From assembly GCA_016927655.1 (NCBI GenBank), contig JAFGMG010000010.1, positions 16,180-80,179 of the forward strand: a stretch of DNA of 64,000 bases, given 5' to 3'. Under the pieces are notes generated by a model. That model ran no database searches. It was not told the DNA's origin and saw only the letters and a program-made list of their open reading frames with translations. How positions within the stretch are numbered: the stretch's first letter is position 1; every line of letters starts with the position of its first letter. Below, one piece after another: positions 40,659 to 51,314 of this stretch. The DNA comes from Candidatus Dojkabacteria bacterium. Lineage in GTDB: Bacteria; Patescibacteriota; Dojkabacteria; B142; JAFGMG01. Made by a program: the position numbers and the translations under genes.

Positions 40659-41732
40659 GTGAAAGCACAAATCCCTAAATTCCAAAAAAGAATAGCCGAA
40701 ATCAAAACAAATCTTGATCTTGAGAAAAAAGAGACCAAACTAAAAGAACTTGAGCAGACCTCCCAATTACCGGAATTCTGGAATGACCAGGATAAGGCGC
40801 AAAAAACTATGCAGAAGATTTCTGATATCAAAGACACTCTCGAGAAAATTTCTCTTATTCAAAGCAAAATAAATGATCTCGAGGCATATCAGGAACTTTT
40901 AGAGGAAGGGGGAGAAGGACTTGATCAGGACATCAAAAATTTGTCCTCTGAGATCGAAGTACTTCTAGATAAAATCGAACTCGAGACATATTTGTCAGGC
41001 AAGTATGATAGCTACGGCGCTATTCTTTCAATCCATGCTGGTCAAGGAGGCACAGAGGCGAATGATTGGTCAGAAATGTTAATGAGAATGTATCTTCGTT
41101 TTTTCGAGTCACAAGGATGGAAATATGAGGTAATAAATATAATCAGCGGCAATGAAGTTGGTATAAATACTGTTTCTATTCAGGTTGAGGGCAAGAATGC
41201 CTATGGTTATCTAAAAGGAGAACACGGCACTCACAGACTTGTCCGTGTTTCACCTTTTAATGCCCAGGGACTAAGACAAACTTCTTTTGCAGGTGTAGAG
41301 GTTATGCCGATAATTGAAGACAATCTTGAGGTTAATCTTAAAGATGAGGATATTGAATTTACTGCAGTCAGGTCGGGCGGCGCCGGCGGACAAAATGTAA
41401 ACAAAGTCAGCACAGCAGCAAGAATCGTTCACAAACCGACAGGTATTCAGGTACACTGTTCCACAGAAAGGAGCCAGCTGAAAAACAGAAATGCTGCGAT
41501 GCAGCTTCTTCGAGGGAAATTATTACAAATCGAGCTAGATAAACAAGCTAAAGAAACAAGCGAACTAAAAGGCGAACATAAGATCGCGGGCTGGGGAAAT
41601 CAAATCAGGAATTATGTGCTTCATCCATATAAACTTGTCAAGGATCTGCGCACTGGAGTAGAAACAGACCACCCAGAAACAGTTCTTGACGGCGATCTTA
41701 GTAAATTTGTCGAAGCAACAATAAAATTATAA
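40659..41732 (+). CDS. prfB: Peptide chain release factor 2, no programmed frameshift
   Basis: SPF tripeptide, [11 protein letters not shown] and WGNQIRNY. Continuous ORF from GTG. Confidence 0.95.
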   Translation: MKAQIPKFQKRIAEIKTNLDLEKKETKLKELEQTSQLPEFWNDQDKAQKTMQKISDIKDTLEKISLIQSKINDLEAYQELLEEGGEGLDQDIKNLSSEIEVLLDKIELETYLSGKYDSYGAILSIHAGQGGTEANDWSEMLMRMYLRFFESQGWKYEVINIISGNEVGINTVSIQVEGKNAYGYLKGEHGTHRLVRVSPFNAQGLRQTSFAGVEVMPIIEDNLEVNLKDEDIEFTAVRSGGAGGQNVNKVSTAARIVHKPTGIQVHCSTERSQLKNRNAAMQLLRGKLLQIELDKQAKETSELKGEHKIAGWGNQIRNYVLHPYKLVKDLRTGVETDHPETVLDGDLSKFVEATIKL

Positions 41733-41816
41733 CTTTCCTCTTGCAAAGTTTTCTTTTTCAGTCTAATATGATTTTCATATCCCTGCCCCGGTTTATTTAT
41801 ATTTTATACAGCAGCA

Positions 41817-42395
41817 ATGTCCAGACGATTAGTTTTATTAATTCTAGGCCTTATAATATTATTAAATGTCTTTGTTATCGGCTATGTACTTATCAGCAGA
41901 GAAATTGACAACAACAAAGAAGACGAGGTTGCACAAGATGCAGAAGATGCAGAAGATGCAGAAGACTCACAAGATGCGCAAGATCCAGAAGATAGTCAGA
42001 ATTCTGATAATGAGGTACAACAGCCGGAAGAAGAATCAACAGACCAAACAACTGAGGAACAAACCGAAGCAGAGGGTGGGAACGTCCCATCAGATGGAAA
42101 CTACGACGAGAATGAAGCAGCTCTAAACAAAAATGCTATTGAGAAATCCTCTGCTAATCAGAATTTAATGATTGAACTTGGCAGATGGATTGCTACAAAC
42201 TACGAGCCAAAAGATATCCAGACAAAAACATATACTGTTCAAAGAGGCGATACACTTTGGGAAATTTCAGAGGCGTATTACGGAACCGGATTTGACTGGC
42301 ACAAAATTCTCGAATTAAACAGAAGCGATATCGGCTACTTGCCAAATGGTTCTCAAGCACTGATTATTCCCGGGCAGATACTGATCCTGGAATAG
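41817..42395 (+). CDS. Membrane-anchored LysM protein with an acidic linker
   Basis: N-terminal TM and C-terminal YTVQRGDTLWEIS...YYG...W...I...N...IIPGQIL. Confidence 0.9.
   Translation: MSRRLVLLILGLIILLNVFVIGYVLISREIDNNKEDEVAQDAEDAEDAEDSQDAQDPEDSQNSDNEVQQPEEESTDQTTEEQTEAEGGNVPSDGNYDENEAALNKNAIEKSSANQNLMIELGRWIATNYEPKDIQTKTYTVQRGDTLWEISEAYYGTGFDWHKILELNRSDIGYLPNGSQALIIPGQILILE
41931..42000 (+). repeat. 9-bp coding tandem repeat (GAAGATGCA-like; AED/xQD units)
   Basis: gcacaagat gcagaagat gcagaagat gcagaagac tcacaagat gcgcaagat ccagaagat. Confidence 0.75.
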
Positions 42396-42455
42396 TTTCT
42401 AGACTCTTACGCCATTATACTGTTATACTAATTCCGACAAATTTTTAGATCAACA

Positions 42456-43649
42456 ATGTTGATTCAATTTCTATCAGTTTCAAAATTGTATGATAACGAT
42501 TTCCTTGCATTGGATGATATTAATTTCGAAGTTGAAGAGGGGGAGTTCTTATTTCTAATCGGTCCTTCCGGATCGGGCAAAACTACAATCATCAGGCATC
42601 TTATTAGAGAAGAAAAGCCGACCGAAGGGCGGATTTACTTTGATGACAAAGATATTACAAAATACAAAAGAAATGAGGTATATGAGCTTAGAAGAAAAAT
42701 CGGAGTAATATTTCAAGACTATAAACTGATCAATGATAAGAACGCCTACGAAAACATTGCTTTTGCGATGGAGGCTGCCGGACAAAACGCTAAAGATATT
42801 GAAGAAACGGTTCCCTATGTACTTGATATTGTGGGCCTTTCTCACAGATGGAACGCATTCCCAGCACAGCTTTCTGGCGGTGAAAAGCAGAGAGTTGCAA
42901 TCGCTCGTGCCCTTTCAAATAACCCAAAACTCTTAATTGCCGATGAGCCTACAGGCAATCTAGATCCTGAGTCGTCCTGGGATATTGTCCAGATCCTAAG
43001 TAAAATTAACAACTGGGGAACAACAGTCTTGATGTCTACTCATGGTTCAGAGATCGTCGACACACTGGGGAAAAGGGTTATTACTCTAAAGGACGGGAAA
43101 ATTAAAAAAGATGCATTGAAGGGTACATATAAAAATGACGAGATAGAAATTGAAAAAATCAAAGTCTCCGCTAAAAAGGAACAAAAGAAAGAAGAAATTA
43201 AGAAGAAGGAGAAGGGAAAGCAAAAGGAAAAAGAGAAAGAAAATAAAGTTGAAACACCAAAAGAGATAGTTGTACCGGAGGAGAAATCTAAGGCCCCTAG
43301 TAAACAAGTCGAGCCTGAAAAGCAACCCGAAATAACCCTCACAGACAGACGGAAGGAAAAAGAAGTCACAAAGGAAGACTTTGAAAAAAACATAAAAGAC
43401 AAAATGGATGAGGTTGATAAGAAGCAGAAAGCGCATAAAGAGAAAATACTCAAGGATAGCCAGGAAGAAAAGAAAAAAAATAGCGGTGATATTAAATCTC
43501 AAGGCTTCTCACCAAAACTTATAAGTATTCTCAAGGCATTTGGATATGATACACTGGATTCAATAAAGAAAGCCGGATACAAAAAAATAAGTAAAATTGA
43601 TGATCTATCACCCAAGGATTTAAAAAAGCTGAAAGAAGTAATTTCTTAA
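42456..43649 (+). CDS. ftsE: Cell division ATPase FtsE with a long charged linker and C-terminal HhH-like domain
   Basis: [27 protein letters not shown] and ADEPTGNLD. Upstream of ftsX. About 170 extra C-terminal residues. Confidence 0.92.
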   Translation: MLIQFLSVSKLYDNDFLALDDINFEVEEGEFLFLIGPSGSGKTTIIRHLIREEKPTEGRIYFDDKDITKYKRNEVYELRRKIGVIFQDYKLINDKNAYENIAFAMEAAGQNAKDIEETVPYVLDIVGLSHRWNAFPAQLSGGEKQRVAIARALSNNPKLLIADEPTGNLDPESSWDIVQILSKINNWGTTVLMSTHGSEIVDTLGKRVITLKDGKIKKDALKGTYKNDEIEIEKIKVSAKKEQKKEEIKKKEKGKQKEKEKENKVETPKEIVVPEEKSKAPSKQVEPEKQPEITLTDRRKEKEVTKEDFEKNIKDKMDEVDKKQKAHKEKILKDSQEEKKKNSGDIKSQGFSPKLISILKAFGYDTLDSIKKAGYKKISKIDDLSPKDLKKLKEVIS

Positions 43650-43658
43650 GATAAATTT

Positions 43659-44585
43659 ATGAATCTTACAACCACAAAGCGAGTACTATCCAATACAGCC
43701 AAACAAATAAAAAGAAGCGGCTGGCTGGCCTATACTTCAATGCTTGTTATGACCTTAGCTTTTTTAGTTATTTCAATTTTTGGATTCCTAGCCTACACAT
43801 CGAATTTGTTTTTAAAATATATCGAGAATAAGCCTCATATTTACGTTTTTTTTAATACCGGGGTAGAAGAAGACAACATTACAAAGCTTCGTAATAAATG
43901 GGAAGAAAATTCTAACGTGGATTATATTGAATATACATCAGAAGCACAGGCAGTTCAGGAATTTTACGACTCACAAAAAAACACCAATCCTTTAGCAGCA
44001 GAAGCTATAAAAGACAGGACTCTCCCGGCGAGTCTGGCAATTCGCCTGAACAGCGTTGAAGACGCAGCTGAAATAATTGATCTTGTAAATACTGAGCAGG
44101 AAACAAACGAAGATATTTTCAGAGTCAGATACAGCGAAGATACGATAAACAATATCAAAGACGTATTCGGCTGGCTTAGATTTGGGGGGGCATTTATCAT
44201 GGGGCTTTTACTGATTGTCATTTTTCTATTTACCTTTTTTACTGTTGAATTCAGGACCTTCAACCGCTCAGAAGAAATCGGCATTATGCAGCTAGTTGGA
44301 GGAAGCCTCTGGTTTATCAGAGCACCGTTCGTACTTGAAGGGACTTATTATGGTATTGTCGGTGCATTTATCTCAAATATGATTATTCTGTTCTTTTCAC
44401 TGATTGTTTATTACACAGCGATGACATCTCCCACAATGGTTTTCTTGAACAACCTTTTCGGACAGCTTGCATGGCCTGATGCTAGTATTATGAACATCAC
44501 ACTAATTTTCCTTTCAACACTTGTTCTTGGAGCAATTCTCGGCACAATTACAAGCTTCATTGCAATTTTGAGGTATATTAAGTAG
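43659..44585 (+). CDS. ftsX: Cell division permease FtsX
   Basis: TM, extracellular loop with LPASL, and EEIGIMQLVGGS.WFIRAPFVLEG. Confidence 0.92.
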   Translation: MNLTTTKRVLSNTAKQIKRSGWLAYTSMLVMTLAFLVISIFGFLAYTSNLFLKYIENKPHIYVFFNTGVEEDNITKLRNKWEENSNVDYIEYTSEAQAVQEFYDSQKNTNPLAAEAIKDRTLPASLAIRLNSVEDAAEIIDLVNTEQETNEDIFRVRYSEDTINNIKDVFGWLRFGGAFIMGLLLIVIFLFTFFTVEFRTFNRSEEIGIMQLVGGSLWFIRAPFVLEGTYYGIVGAFISNMIILFFSLIVYYTAMTSPTMVFLNNLFGQLAWPDASIMNITLIFLSTLVLGAILGTITSFIAILRYIK

Positions 44586-44591
44586 CAATTA

Positions 44592-45296
44592 ATGTCCAAA
44601 TTCCCTCTAATAATTCTTGGTGGCATCGGAGATACTGGAGAAAAATCATATTCCCTTCTTATCAAAGAACTCGAAAAAGATTTCCAGATTATTAAAATTT
44701 CATATCCAGGCTTTGGAGGAACTTCAAAGCCCAAAGAAGCAACACTTGAAGCTGATGTTGAAATAATCAGAAAGCACATTAAATCCTTGAATTTGAAAGA
44801 ATTAATAATTTTTTCTCATTCAATTGGGACAGCTTATGCATTTGAACTTTGCTATCCAAACGATTTGTATATCAGGGCACTGATTGCAGCAAATCCATTT
44901 ACTATTCAAAATAAAAACTTGATTAGTCCTTTTATAAGAGGTATGAGAGAAAGAAGGAAATTGAATCAGTGGCTAAAAGCTAACAACAAAAAAATTGAGT
45001 TTCGTCCATTCAGCTATGGGTCTCTAAAATATCTGTCCAGCTATTTGCGAATTGCGAAAATCTTCAGAAAGATTGAGGTTAAAGATGATCTCAGTAAAAG
45101 TGAAATCCCAATGCTAGCAATGATCGGAGACTTTGATACTTTGATTCCAAAACAAATTCAAATGCGAAATCTTGATCTTATTAAACACTTGCAAATTACC
45201 CATTTAAATGATGGCCATTATTTCATACACACCCAAGCCCCCAAAATCGCGAAATTGATAACTAAATTTGCAAACGAACAGGGAATTACTCTATAA
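44592..45296 (+). CDS. Alpha/beta hydrolase
   Basis: PGFGG, SHSIG nucleophile elbow, GDFD and GH. Confidence 0.85.
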   Translation: MSKFPLIILGGIGDTGEKSYSLLIKELEKDFQIIKISYPGFGGTSKPKEATLEADVEIIRKHIKSLNLKELIIFSHSIGTAYAFELCYPNDLYIRALIAANPFTIQNKNLISPFIRGMRERRKLNQWLKANNKKIEFRPFSYGSLKYLSSYLRIAKIFRKIEVKDDLSKSEIPMLAMIGDFDTLIPKQIQMRNLDLIKHLQITHLNDGHYFIHTQAPKIAKLITKFANEQGITL

Positions 45297-45306
45297 TAAA
45301 TTTGTA

Positions 45307-46584
45307 ATGAACTACTTTGCACTGACCAAAAAATATACAAAGACAATCGTCATTGCTTTCACCGTGATTCTCCTTACTCTTTCAATTATAGTACCTGTTT
45401 ATGCAGGTGCACAGGAGGATCTGGAAAATGTTCAAAAAGAATTGGCTGAACTTCGTAAAAAACAGCAGGAGCTCAATGGACGGCTAGGAGATCAAAAAGC
45501 CCTCTCAAGTAAATACGGCTCAGAAGTGTATGCTCTTAATTCGGAGATACAGAAAATGGATCTTCAGGTCCAGGAGAAATCGCTTGTTATCGATGAACTC
45601 AATTTACAAATTCAGCTCCTTGAGCAGCAAATTAAAGACACCATAACTCAAATTGAAATAACTGAGGGAAATATTGCCAAGCTCCAGGAGGAAACAGACG
45701 CCAGGCTTGCAGACATGTATATGGAAACTAAAAGCTGGGACAATAGTGTCAATATGATGTTTGCCTCTGAAGGGAATGGTGACTTTGTCAAGGACGGTCT
45801 ATACCGTGAAGCTATGCAGGAGGATACAAATGAGAAGCTGGACAAGCTTGCTCTTGCAAAAGATAACCTGGAAAAAGATAAAGAAAAGCTGGAAAATGAC
45901 AAAATCAAGGTAGAAGAAGACAAGACCTTACTGGAAGAGGAAAAAATTGCACTTGAGAATGATCAGACAATCCTTGCCCAGAAAAGAAATAAATTTGAAT
46001 CGATGAAAAGAAGCGCAGACACAGCAGCAGCAGCACTAGCAATTGAATACGAAACAATGAGCGATGAGGAAAAGAAATTACAAGCTCAATTAGACTTACT
46101 TAAACAGCAGATTTTCAACGAAGTCGGGCAGATACCTAGCGGAGACTATGTTGCCGAAGGGACAATCATTGGCTATGAAGGAAATACCGGTGTGTCAACA
46201 GGCAATCATCTTCATTTCGAATATAGAATGAATAATACTTATAATAATCCTTGTTCCGTACTTCCAGGAAAACAGCTATATAATGCCTACTGCGGGACAT
46301 CAAACCCGACTCTTAACACGTGGCCGATGTCTGGCAATTATTGGCTTACAAGCGGATACAGGACCCCTTCAAGACCTACACACAATGCAATTGACATTTC
46401 ATCAGGAGGAAGCGCGGCAATCATTGCATCACATTCTGGCTGGATTTATTATGGGAATGACGGTGCCTGTTCTTGGTACCATGGTGTATACCCATGCCAT
46501 GGCGCTGGGGCAAACTATGCGATTATTTGTCAAAACAAAAATTGCAACACAGGAATTAAAACAATGTATCTTCATCTAAGATAA
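45307..46584 (+). CDS. Coiled-coil murein hydrolase (EnvC/PcsB-like) with a circularly permuted M23 domain
   Basis: Signal/TM, long coiled coil, then GYEGNTGVSTGNHLHFE before HNAID and a terminal TMYLHL. Confidence 0.85.
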   Translation: MNYFALTKKYTKTIVIAFTVILLTLSIIVPVYAGAQEDLENVQKELAELRKKQQELNGRLGDQKALSSKYGSEVYALNSEIQKMDLQVQEKSLVIDELNLQIQLLEQQIKDTITQIEITEGNIAKLQEETDARLADMYMETKSWDNSVNMMFASEGNGDFVKDGLYREAMQEDTNEKLDKLALAKDNLEKDKEKLENDKIKVEEDKTLLEEEKIALENDQTILAQKRNKFESMKRSADTAAAALAIEYETMSDEEKKLQAQLDLLKQQIFNEVGQIPSGDYVAEGTIIGYEGNTGVSTGNHLHFEYRMNNTYNNPCSVLPGKQLYNAYCGTSNPTLNTWPMSGNYWLTSGYRTPSRPTHNAIDISSGGSAAIIASHSGWIYYGNDGACSWYHGVYPCHGAGANYAIICQNKNCNTGIKTMYLHLR

Positions 46585-46673
46585 ATTCCATCTATTTCCA
46601 TCATAGCTTCATAATCCTTCCATATTCTGGCAGGAAATTTCTGCTATAAATTACAGATATTATCTTTTCTGTA

Positions 46674-48407
46674 ATGAAAAAATCACTTTTGTTTTTGTTT
46701 GCCTTTTCAAGCATTTTAGTCCAAGCCGTACAAGCGCAGTATTTTGTAAATATTCAAGCAATAGAGCCAGACTTTCAAGTATCAATCAATGAAATTCTTC
46801 CAAATCCCGAAGGAACTGATACCGGCAAGGAATGGATCGAACTTTATAATTATTCTAAAGAAACTATCAATTTACAAAATTGGCAGTTAAAAGATACAAG
46901 CACCAAATCTTTCGTTTTTGAGGAAATTGAATTAGACTCTCATGAGTTTCTCCTAATTTATCCGAATTTCTCATTAAATCAATCAGATGAAAATGTTTCT
47001 CTTTACGATGATCTTGGGAATTTAGTCGATTCATTTAGTTACATAATATCTAGCGAAGGATTAAGCTGGGCAAGAATTCCTGATGGAGTCGGAAACTGGA
47101 TTCCAGACAAATCCCCGACACCTGGCTCGACAAACAATATTGATGAATTAGATTATCCCGACTCATTACTAATCAGTGAAATATATCCGACTCCAAAGGA
47201 TCAAGAAAGTGAGTGGTTGGAAATCTTCAATAATTCTTCAGATGAGATAGATCTTACAAACTGGATCATTTCAGACTTATCAAATTCTGCAAAGCTTCCC
47301 GGTATTATCATCGAACCTTATGAATACCTGACATTTGAAGAGAATCTGCTTACAAGTGTAACCTTAAATAACTCGGGCGACACTCTGGCTTTGCTCAATC
47401 CAAATGCTGAACCTGTTCATGAATTTATTTACCAAAAGACAAACGCTGGACTTAGTAATATCCTTTATAAAGAATCAATTCTACAGACCAAGCTTCCAAC
47501 GCCTGGAGAAGAAAACATATACGTAAATCCTCAAGATTGCTTTTTTGGATCTATTTATACAGATATCAAAAGTTTCAAAATGACAGAGGCAAGCAGCGAT
47601 GACATATTTTATTCACTGACTGGTACAGTCATTGCCAAACCAGGGACGATATACGATAGTAAATTTTATATTCAGGACAGCGATTCAGGTTTGATGGTAT
47701 CCCTGCCAGCCGGATATAACGAGACTATTGAAGTCGGCGAGCAGATCGAAATTTGCGGCAGTCATAATGCATACTACAGCGAGGATGAATTTGTGACAGC
47801 GTCTAATGGTTTACGTAAACTAGGAAGCAGTACAAATACAAAAATATTTGAAACAGAACATGCATTGCCGGATCTTGTCGGGAATCTGATCAAAATAAGC
47901 GGGGAAATTGTCGAAAACAGCTCAACCTCAATTACAGTTTTAACTAAAGAAGAGCAGATCAAAGTGAAACTGTCACATCTTATTCTTACAGAAGAAAAAT
48001 CGAAAGGCGATAACACCGAAATTACAGGTGTATTGACTAGATACGGCGATACAAAAGACGGTCAGCCAAATCTTCGACTTGTTCCAAGAAGTACAGATGA
48101 TATAAAATTTGTTAGAATGTCAAAGCCATCAACCACTTCAAGCTCGAAAATGGTTAAATCTTCTGCAAAAATATCAACTAACCAGATTAAAGGGGTCACT
48201 TCGACAAAAACCAGCAGCCCCAAACTATCAAAACCCCAATTCCACGATCGACTAGATTCAACTGATTTATCACTTGGTATAGGGAAAAAGAGTCAACAGC
48301 AGCATCAAACCACCCTTAGAGCCATTAGCGCATCAGGATTTTTATTTAGCAGTTCATCAATATTTTTGTTGTTTGGGAAAAAAACCTTGAAGTCATATTC
48401 TATTTGA
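46674..48407 (+). CDS. Secreted protein with two lamin-tail domains plus OB-fold-like domains and a C-terminal anchor
   Basis: INEILPNP...EWIELYN and ISEIYPTP...EWLEIFN repeats, TPG ends, FYIQD...G and LVPRSTDDI. Confidence 0.85.
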   Translation: MKKSLLFLFAFSSILVQAVQAQYFVNIQAIEPDFQVSINEILPNPEGTDTGKEWIELYNYSKETINLQNWQLKDTSTKSFVFEEIELDSHEFLLIYPNFSLNQSDENVSLYDDLGNLVDSFSYIISSEGLSWARIPDGVGNWIPDKSPTPGSTNNIDELDYPDSLLISEIYPTPKDQESEWLEIFNNSSDEIDLTNWIISDLSNSAKLPGIIIEPYEYLTFEENLLTSVTLNNSGDTLALLNPNAEPVHEFIYQKTNAGLSNILYKESILQTKLPTPGEENIYVNPQDCFFGSIYTDIKSFKMTEASSDDIFYSLTGTVIAKPGTIYDSKFYIQDSDSGLMVSLPAGYNETIEVGEQIEICGSHNAYYSEDEFVTASNGLRKLGSSTNTKIFETEHALPDLVGNLIKISGEIVENSSTSITVLTKEEQIKVKLSHLILTEEKSKGDNTEITGVLTRYGDTKDGQPNLRLVPRSTDDIKFVRMSKPSTTSSSKMVKSSAKISTNQIKGVTSTKTSSPKLSKPQFHDRLDSTDLSLGIGKKSQQQHQTTLRAISASGFLFSSSSIFLLFGKKTLKSYSI

Positions 48408-49209
48408 GATCATTGATAGAAATGCATTCTGCCAAAGTTATCTGACCGACTCTGCTTCTCTCCAGTTCGATCAGCATCGCAGGTACTTCAAGCAATTCCC
48501 CGATATCTTTGGCAAGCTGTCTTATGTACGTACCTTTTGAGCAACCAACTGTCAAATCAAGTTCTACTAATCGAGTTTTCCCATCAAAATTCTTTTTTCC
48601 CTTCAAATATCTTTCAACCTCAGAAGCTCTGATTTCTTTTTTCTCTCCAATTTCAAACTTCTCAAATTGCACCTTCTTTCTAGGCAGCACCACTCTTTTC
48701 TTCCTATCATCATTCATATAAAAAATTACAGCATCTCCATCAATTTCATAACGCTCGGACTTGTGTGCAAGTATTCTCAGTTTTTGTCCTTCAACTTTTA
48801 CGGAACTGAAAACTGGGACTTGTTGATCATAACCTCTCTCAATTCCAGCTAAAGCTCCATTACTGATTTTTTCATTAATTTCTTTGGCCGAGACATCCTG
48901 GCTTTTAATTATTTTTCCCTCAGTATCTAATGTATCAGTCTCCAGCCCAAGCAAAATTTTACATTTGTACTCTTTATCTCCGCCCATCAATTGGTCACTT
49001 AGCTTCGTATATCTGCCTATTAGAACAATCAAAACACCGCGCGCAAATGGATCCAGAGCTCCAGCATGGCCCACTTTTCTTGTATTATATTTTTTCCTTA
49101 CAATATTTACTACATCATGCGAGGTAATTCCGGAAGGCTTATTTACCGCAAGTACACCATGAACTTGATTCCCGGCTCCAATCGTCATTTTGTTTATTTC
49201 GTAGCCCAT
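48400..49209 (-). CDS. truB: tRNA pseudouridine(55) synthase
   Basis: NKPSGITSHDVV, VGHAGALDP and CSKGTYIRQLA. Confidence 0.95.
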   Translation of the reverse strand: MGYEINKMTIGAGNQVHGVLAVNKPSGITSHDVVNIVRKKYNTRKVGHAGALDPFARGVLIVLIGRYTKLSDQLMGGDKEYKCKILLGLETDTLDTEGKIIKSQDVSAKEINEKISNGALAGIERGYDQQVPVFSSVKVEGQKLRILAHKSERYEIDGDAVIFYMNDDRKKRVVLPRKKVQFEKFEIGEKKEIRASEVERYLKGKKNFDGKTRLVELDLTVGCSKGTYIRQLAKDIGELLEVPAMLIELERSRVGQITLAECISINDLK

Positions 49210-49213
49210 TTTC

Positions 49214-49843
49214 TTATTTACCAAATTTAAAAGCACCAGGACAAATGTCATTTAAAACACAGTTTTCACAATCCGGCTTTTTTGCTTTGCAAGTATCTCT
49301 CCCAAATTCAACCAGTCTTAAACTAAATTCTCCTAATTTCTCCTTTGGAATTTTTTTCAATAAATCCTTTTCAACCTTTTTAGGGTCGGTTTCTTCTGTC
49401 AGCCCAAGCCGTTTACTAATTCTTTTCACATGAGTATCAACTGCAATGCCTTCATTTTTACCATGCCAGATACTCAATACAACGTTTGCAGTTTTTCTTG
49501 CTACCCCAGGCAGCATTATCAAATTTTCTATAGTATCAGGGACTTTCGAATCAAATTTTTCTTCTAGCATTTTCGCCGCGCCGATAATATTTTTTGCTTT
49601 ATTGTTATAAAAACCGGTTGAGTAAATTATTTTTTTAAGCTCCTCGATATCAGCATCCGCATAATCCTCAACGGTTTTGTACTTCGCAAATAAATCTCTC
49701 GTAACAATATTCACCCGCTTGTCAGTACACTGCGCAGAAAGGATCACAGCAAAAAGGAGCTCAAAATCAGTAGTATAATTTAAAGCTGTTTCAATAGTTG
49801 GATATTTCTCCTCAAGACGTAGTAAAATCTCTTTAATGTTCAA
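49214..49843 (-). CDS. nth: Endonuclease III
   Basis: LSAQCTD, LPGVARKTANV, AVDTHV and C-x6-C-x2-C-x5-C. Confidence 0.96.
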   Translation of the reverse strand: MNIKEILLRLEEKYPTIETALNYTTDFELLFAVILSAQCTDKRVNIVTRDLFAKYKTVEDYADADIEELKKIIYSTGFYNNKAKNIIGAAKMLEEKFDSKVPDTIENLIMLPGVARKTANVVLSIWHGKNEGIAVDTHVKRISKRLGLTEETDPKKVEKDLLKKIPKEKLGEFSLRLVEFGRDTCKAKKPDCENCVLNDICPGAFKFGK

Positions 49844-51260
49844 TTTACGTGCTCTTAAAAATCATGACTATATTATCACAATTTGCATCTGCATTCTCGC
49901 GGTTTTAAGCCTTATGTTGATTTACTCAACTACGATCAATGCTTCAACTGAAAGCGAAGGAGCCGGAACATTTAGTAAACAATTATTCTTTTTCATCGTC
50001 GGGTTTCTTATTTACTTTGCATTTTCGACGTTCGATCTGTCATGGTTAAAAAACAAGCGTTTGATCGGGCTCCTCTATGTCATCACGATACTGGCCCTTT
50101 TATACGTTAAGTTTTTTACCCCAGAAGTCGCCAATACGAACAGATGGATAAATCTTTTCGGATTTAATATCCAGCCTGCAGAGTATGCCAAAATTACAAT
50201 AATAATCATTACTGCTATGTTCTTTGGGCTCAAAGACGAACCGATGGTCTCAAAAAATGTAAACCTTGAGAAATTAAGCGGCTCAGAATCAACCCATAAT
50301 CATAAAGAAAAGTACCTAGCAGCTTTGCAGAGAATCAAACTATTTTTTCAGACTTATGAAAATTTAATACTTTCTATTTTATCGATTGCCGTCATTTCAT
50401 TTCTAATTTTTGTTCAGCCTTCGTTTGGGAATAGCGTGATTATCACTTTTTTGTGGGCCAGTCTTGTCTTTGCAGCCTCATCAAATCAACATAAACTCAT
50501 CTCGCTCTCAATTCCGATAATAATTATACCTCTACTTGGCTGGAATATCTGGGGATTGAAGGATATATTTGGCAGCATTTACATCGGCTTAAGTGTCATA
50601 CTGCTTGCAACCATAGTTTTGAATATTATTACAAGGGTACGGCTTTATTTTCTAATTTTAGCGATATTGATCGGCTTGAGCCTGAGACCTTTTATACTAA
50701 CCATCTGGGATACGAATATCATTTCTGATTATCAGAAACAGCGTATCCAGACTTATTTCCAATCTCCGGAGAACGACCCACTGGACGCTGGATATCAAGT
50801 CAGGCAATCTAAAATAGCAGTAGGCTCGGGTCAGCTCCAAGGAAGAGGATATCTTCAAGGGACCCAAAGCACACTCAAAGTTCTTCCATTTGCTCATACT
50901 GACTTTATTTTTGCTGCCCTTGCCGAGCAATTTGGTTTTGTTGGGTCTCTTTTATTGCTTGGTATTTACAGTGTTATTATTTACCGAATTGTACGAACCG
51001 GGATTTCAACAAAAGACGAATTTTCATTCTTAATTGCTACAGGCGTGATTTCTCTGTTGATATTAAACATTTTTATAAATATCGGCATGAATCTTGGCAA
51101 ACTTCCAGTTACAGGTGTTCCACTGCCCCTGCTTAGCTATGGAGGTAGTTCAGTGCTTGTAAATATGATTGCACTTGGTTTGATACAATCTATCAATACT
51201 ACCAGAACATCCAAGGATATCTCCGAAAGTCTTCTCCCTTCTAGCTCCCCATGGCGTTAA
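49836..51260 (+). CDS. rodA: SEDS protein RodA
   Basis: RWI...QPAEYAK, DP...GYQ..QS.IAVGSG, HTDFIF and LSYGGSS. Confidence 0.88.
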   Translation: MFNLRALKNHDYIITICICILAVLSLMLIYSTTINASTESEGAGTFSKQLFFFIVGFLIYFAFSTFDLSWLKNKRLIGLLYVITILALLYVKFFTPEVANTNRWINLFGFNIQPAEYAKITIIIITAMFFGLKDEPMVSKNVNLEKLSGSESTHNHKEKYLAALQRIKLFFQTYENLILSILSIAVISFLIFVQPSFGNSVIITFLWASLVFAASSNQHKLISLSIPIIIIPLLGWNIWGLKDIFGSIYIGLSVILLATIVLNIITRVRLYFLILAILIGLSLRPFILTIWDTNIISDYQKQRIQTYFQSPENDPLDAGYQVRQSKIAVGSGQLQGRGYLQGTQSTLKVLPFAHTDFIFAALAEQFGFVGSLLLLGIYSVIIYRIVRTGISTKDEFSFLIATGVISLLILNIFINIGMNLGKLPVTGVPLPLLSYGGSSVLVNMIALGLIQSINTTRTSKDISESLLPSSSPWR

Positions 51261-51314
51261 ACCTTGACACTTCAGGCAGCAAGATGATAACATCAGAGCG
51301 TTTAAAAGTACTTA

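Noticed and set aside
41931-42000. Repeats as a possible CRISPR array
   Set aside because: These are 9-bp in-frame coding repeats with no spacers, and no cas genes are present.
43040-43502. Antisense F/S/L-rich ORFs
   Set aside because: They are shadows of the K/E-rich FtsE linker.
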